A DNA stretch of 64,000 nucleotides. It comes from Chiloscyllium plagiosum (taxonomy: Eukaryota). A model generated the notes under the pieces. That model worked only from the letters and a program-made list of their open reading frames with translations, did no database searches and was not told the origin of the DNA. Made by a program: the position numbers and the translations under genes. Positions 1 to 64,000 of the stretch are shown here, in pieces. The stretch lies in assembly GCF_004010195.1 (NCBI RefSeq), contig NC_057751.1, forward strand, positions 11,161,108 to 11,225,107, given 5' to 3'. The stretch's first letter is position 1; each line of letters begins with the position of its first letter.

Positions 1-475
1 ATGAAGATGGGGGAGAAGGTGCTCGGTCGGGGGGAGGGGGGGAGTGATGGATGGGTCCAGAGAGTGGTGCTGAGTTGGGACTGGGATAATGTTGGGAGAG
101 GGGAAATGAGGAAACTATTGAAATCCATATTCATCCCATGTGGTTGCAGGGTCCCAAGGCGGAATATGAGGCGGTCTTCCTCCAGGCGTCGGGTGGTAAC
201 AGTTTGGCAGTGGAGAAGGCCCAGGACCTGCATGGAGTGGGAGGGGGAGTTGAAGTGTTCAGCCACAGGGCGGTGGGGTTGGTGGGTGTGGGTATCCCAG
301 AGATGTTCTCTGAAACAATCCCCAAGAAGGCGTCGGAGACCACATTGGGTACAACGGATGCAGTAGATGACATTGGGAAAGGTACAGGTACAGGAGAGGG
401 TGGAGCGGATAGGTGGGAAGGAAGATGGACAGGTAGGACAGGTCATGAGGACAGTGCCGAGTTGGAAGAGTCTAA
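1..475 (-). mobile_element. Penelope-like element 3' fragments (degenerate GIY-YIG endonuclease C-terminal region and 3' UTR)
   Basis: Minus strand reads NVIYCIRCTQCG...FREHL...PVAEHFNSPSH...LEEDRLIFRLGTLQPHGMN; similar, in inverted orientation, to 10960-11340. Confidence 0.8.
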
Positions 476-538
476 TGTGAGCCCATAAACACCCAAGGAA
501 GCTTGTGTTCTCTTCCTTCTTGTTAAACAGTTTTATTA

Positions 539-61998
<61,460 letters not shown>

Positions 61999-64000
61999 TC
62001 CAGCTCTGCTTCAGCTCTCAGCCAATGGCCCGAACTATCACCATTTGTATTCCAGTCGGGTATAGCTGTCCCACCTCTACAAGCGATTCGCCCGACTTCG
62101 ATCTTGCAGCTGTCAAAGAACAGAAGGTTTCCAATTAAAACCAACAAGGAAGGAAACTCATCCAGTTTCAACCAGCAAATCAGTGCCATGTTCCTCAGAG
62201 CATTTCGTTTGGGGAATCATCTATGTGGGTGATTGCTTCACAGTCACCAACATTCTCATGGCACTTCAATAGGCTGACTCCTTGAAACTTCTCAGCTCAT
62301 TTCCGAGCTCCCCTCATTCATGTGTTGGCCCAAGGTGCTGAGAATCTCAGCAAATCTCAGACATCAGGTGCACATGTGTGTGTGTAGGAATGTACCTCTG
62401 TGTGTGTGTGTGTCTCTATGTTTTTGTGTGAGTGCGTGTGCGCGTTTTTGCGGGGGGCGGGGGCGGGGGCGGTGCAGAAGGTCATCAATCAAAAACAGCA
62501 AACCCTGTTGTTTTTTTCCCTACAACCTTGTTCCATTCCCCAACCTGAAGAAGCTGAGAGCCAGCCACATTACTGTGGATATGGAGCCACATGTCAGCCA
62601 GACCAGGTTAGGATGACAGATTCCCTTCCCTCATGGGCATTACTCAACCGGATGGGCTTTTTCTGACAATCAATGGTGGTTTCATGGTCATTAACAGATT
62701 GTTCATTCCAGACACTTTTTTCTCCCAAAGGAATGCGAATTCCACCAAGTGGGATTGAAACCTGGGACCCTAGAAGATGAGCTGAGGTTCTGGATTAACA
62801 CTTGAGCAATAATCCCATGAGATGATCACCTCCCCAGCTCAGGGTACTGTGGTGGGTTTACCAATCTCCCTAGCCCATCGGTGTGGAGGTGGACATGTAC
62901 TGTTTACTCTCTGTGATGAGGTAACTCGCTAAATAGCCAGTGGCTCATGAGTGAGAGTTCAACACTCTTCCCTCGAGTTTTATTGACCTCAGTGCACACA
63001 CTGTCTCTGAAGCAACATGTCTGCAGAGCTAGGAGAGACTCTGACTGGGATCGAACTAGCACATCGCTATGAAAGTAATGACAGCACATTCCCCTGCCCC
63101 ACCACTCGACAACATGTCGAGCAATGCCAATGATCTCGTCACAGGTTGTCCCCTGTTCCTACTGGGTTTGGCTAGACCAGAGCTCCCCATCATAAGCAGC
63201 CCCCCACCTTGCAGGCTCTGGAGAATCCAGATCAGCCCAACTCTGCTGCCGACACCCCACTGACCCACACCAACCAAGTCCCAATGCAGCCATGAGCCCT
63301 GTGCCCACTGACCAACACTGGCTGATGGGGCAAGCCTTATCAAAATGTATTTTCACCTCCATCGTCTGCCTTGTCCCTCCTCAGCTTGAGAAGGAACTCC
63401 CAGGCCAGCAACCCTCCCAGTTATCTGTGCTCTTCCAGTTCTGGTTCCACCACTGATCACTGCGCCTTCAGCAAGCATGGTCTTAAAAGCCTGCTCTTCC
63501 CTCCGTTCACCTCTCTCGCTCTCTCTCTCTCTCGACCTCACTGTTATCTTGCAAGGCACATCTGAATCATGTCACTCTGACCAGGCTTCCACTCAGCAGC
63601 CCTGATCAGGGGCTCCGTGTCGAATTTCATCTGATAATGCACCTGCAAAGTACCCTGAGACACAGTCTTGTGTTTGGTGCACCACATTATTGCTCGTGAA
63701 ACACTGTCATGGCAGACTTTACAGCAGCAACAAATCATTCAGTTCGGAGTCAAACACCATCGGGCCTGGTGGAAACACACACGAATCCTGAGCTATGTTA
63801 GTGAAAACCACTGAGAGTTGCTTCTGTCGTGGGCTTGAGCTTTGACTAGAACCAGTGAATACCTGCTCCCCAATTCCCACATTCCGATGAGATGTTCACA
63901 GCTTGCGGATGAGCCCACGGAATTTTTTTTGGGTGACACAGCAGTCAAGGTTACTGGACTGCACAGGAATCTCACCACAAACCAGGCTCTGAGGAAACAA

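Noticed and set aside
62450..62475. GC boxes (GGGGCG repeats) as the FGFR1 promoter
   Set aside because: No CpG island; the acceptor at 62110 suggests this is intron 1, with the real first exon upstream of the window

Overview
Vertebrate genomic DNA, most likely from a shark (inferred from HE1-type V-SINEs, CR1/HER1-like LINEs and Penelope-like elements). The window holds most of an FGFR1 gene on the minus strand. I traced 14 coding exons by hand, from the signal-peptide exon (ATG at 61998) through IgI, an expanded acid box, IgII, IgIIIa, the mutually exclusive IIIb and IIIc exons, TM, juxtamembrane and four kinase exons (ending at 659). The IIIc/VT+ path gives 2010 nt (670 codons) in one open frame; the last kinase/C-terminal exons lie left of the window. 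The splicing-control layer known from mammalian FGFRs is visible: a 23-bp IAS2/ISAR-like long-range stem, RBFOX/ESRP-type motifs, and the non-canonical GA donor for the Val-Thr insert. The most novel-looking signals are (1) an apparently non-repetitive triple-hairpin element between IIIc and the TM exon that overlaps a candidate stop-containing cassette exon, with both splice sites in stems, and (2) many Penelope-derived minimal hammerhead-ribozyme cores in the introns. These include a 159-nt palindrome with a U3-A8 compensatory hammerhead core on each strand, and a sense-strand core inside the IIIb-IIIc intron. Most listed ORFs are spurious translations of intron or repeat DNA. All coordinates were counted by eye, no database searches were run, and repeat boundaries are approximate.
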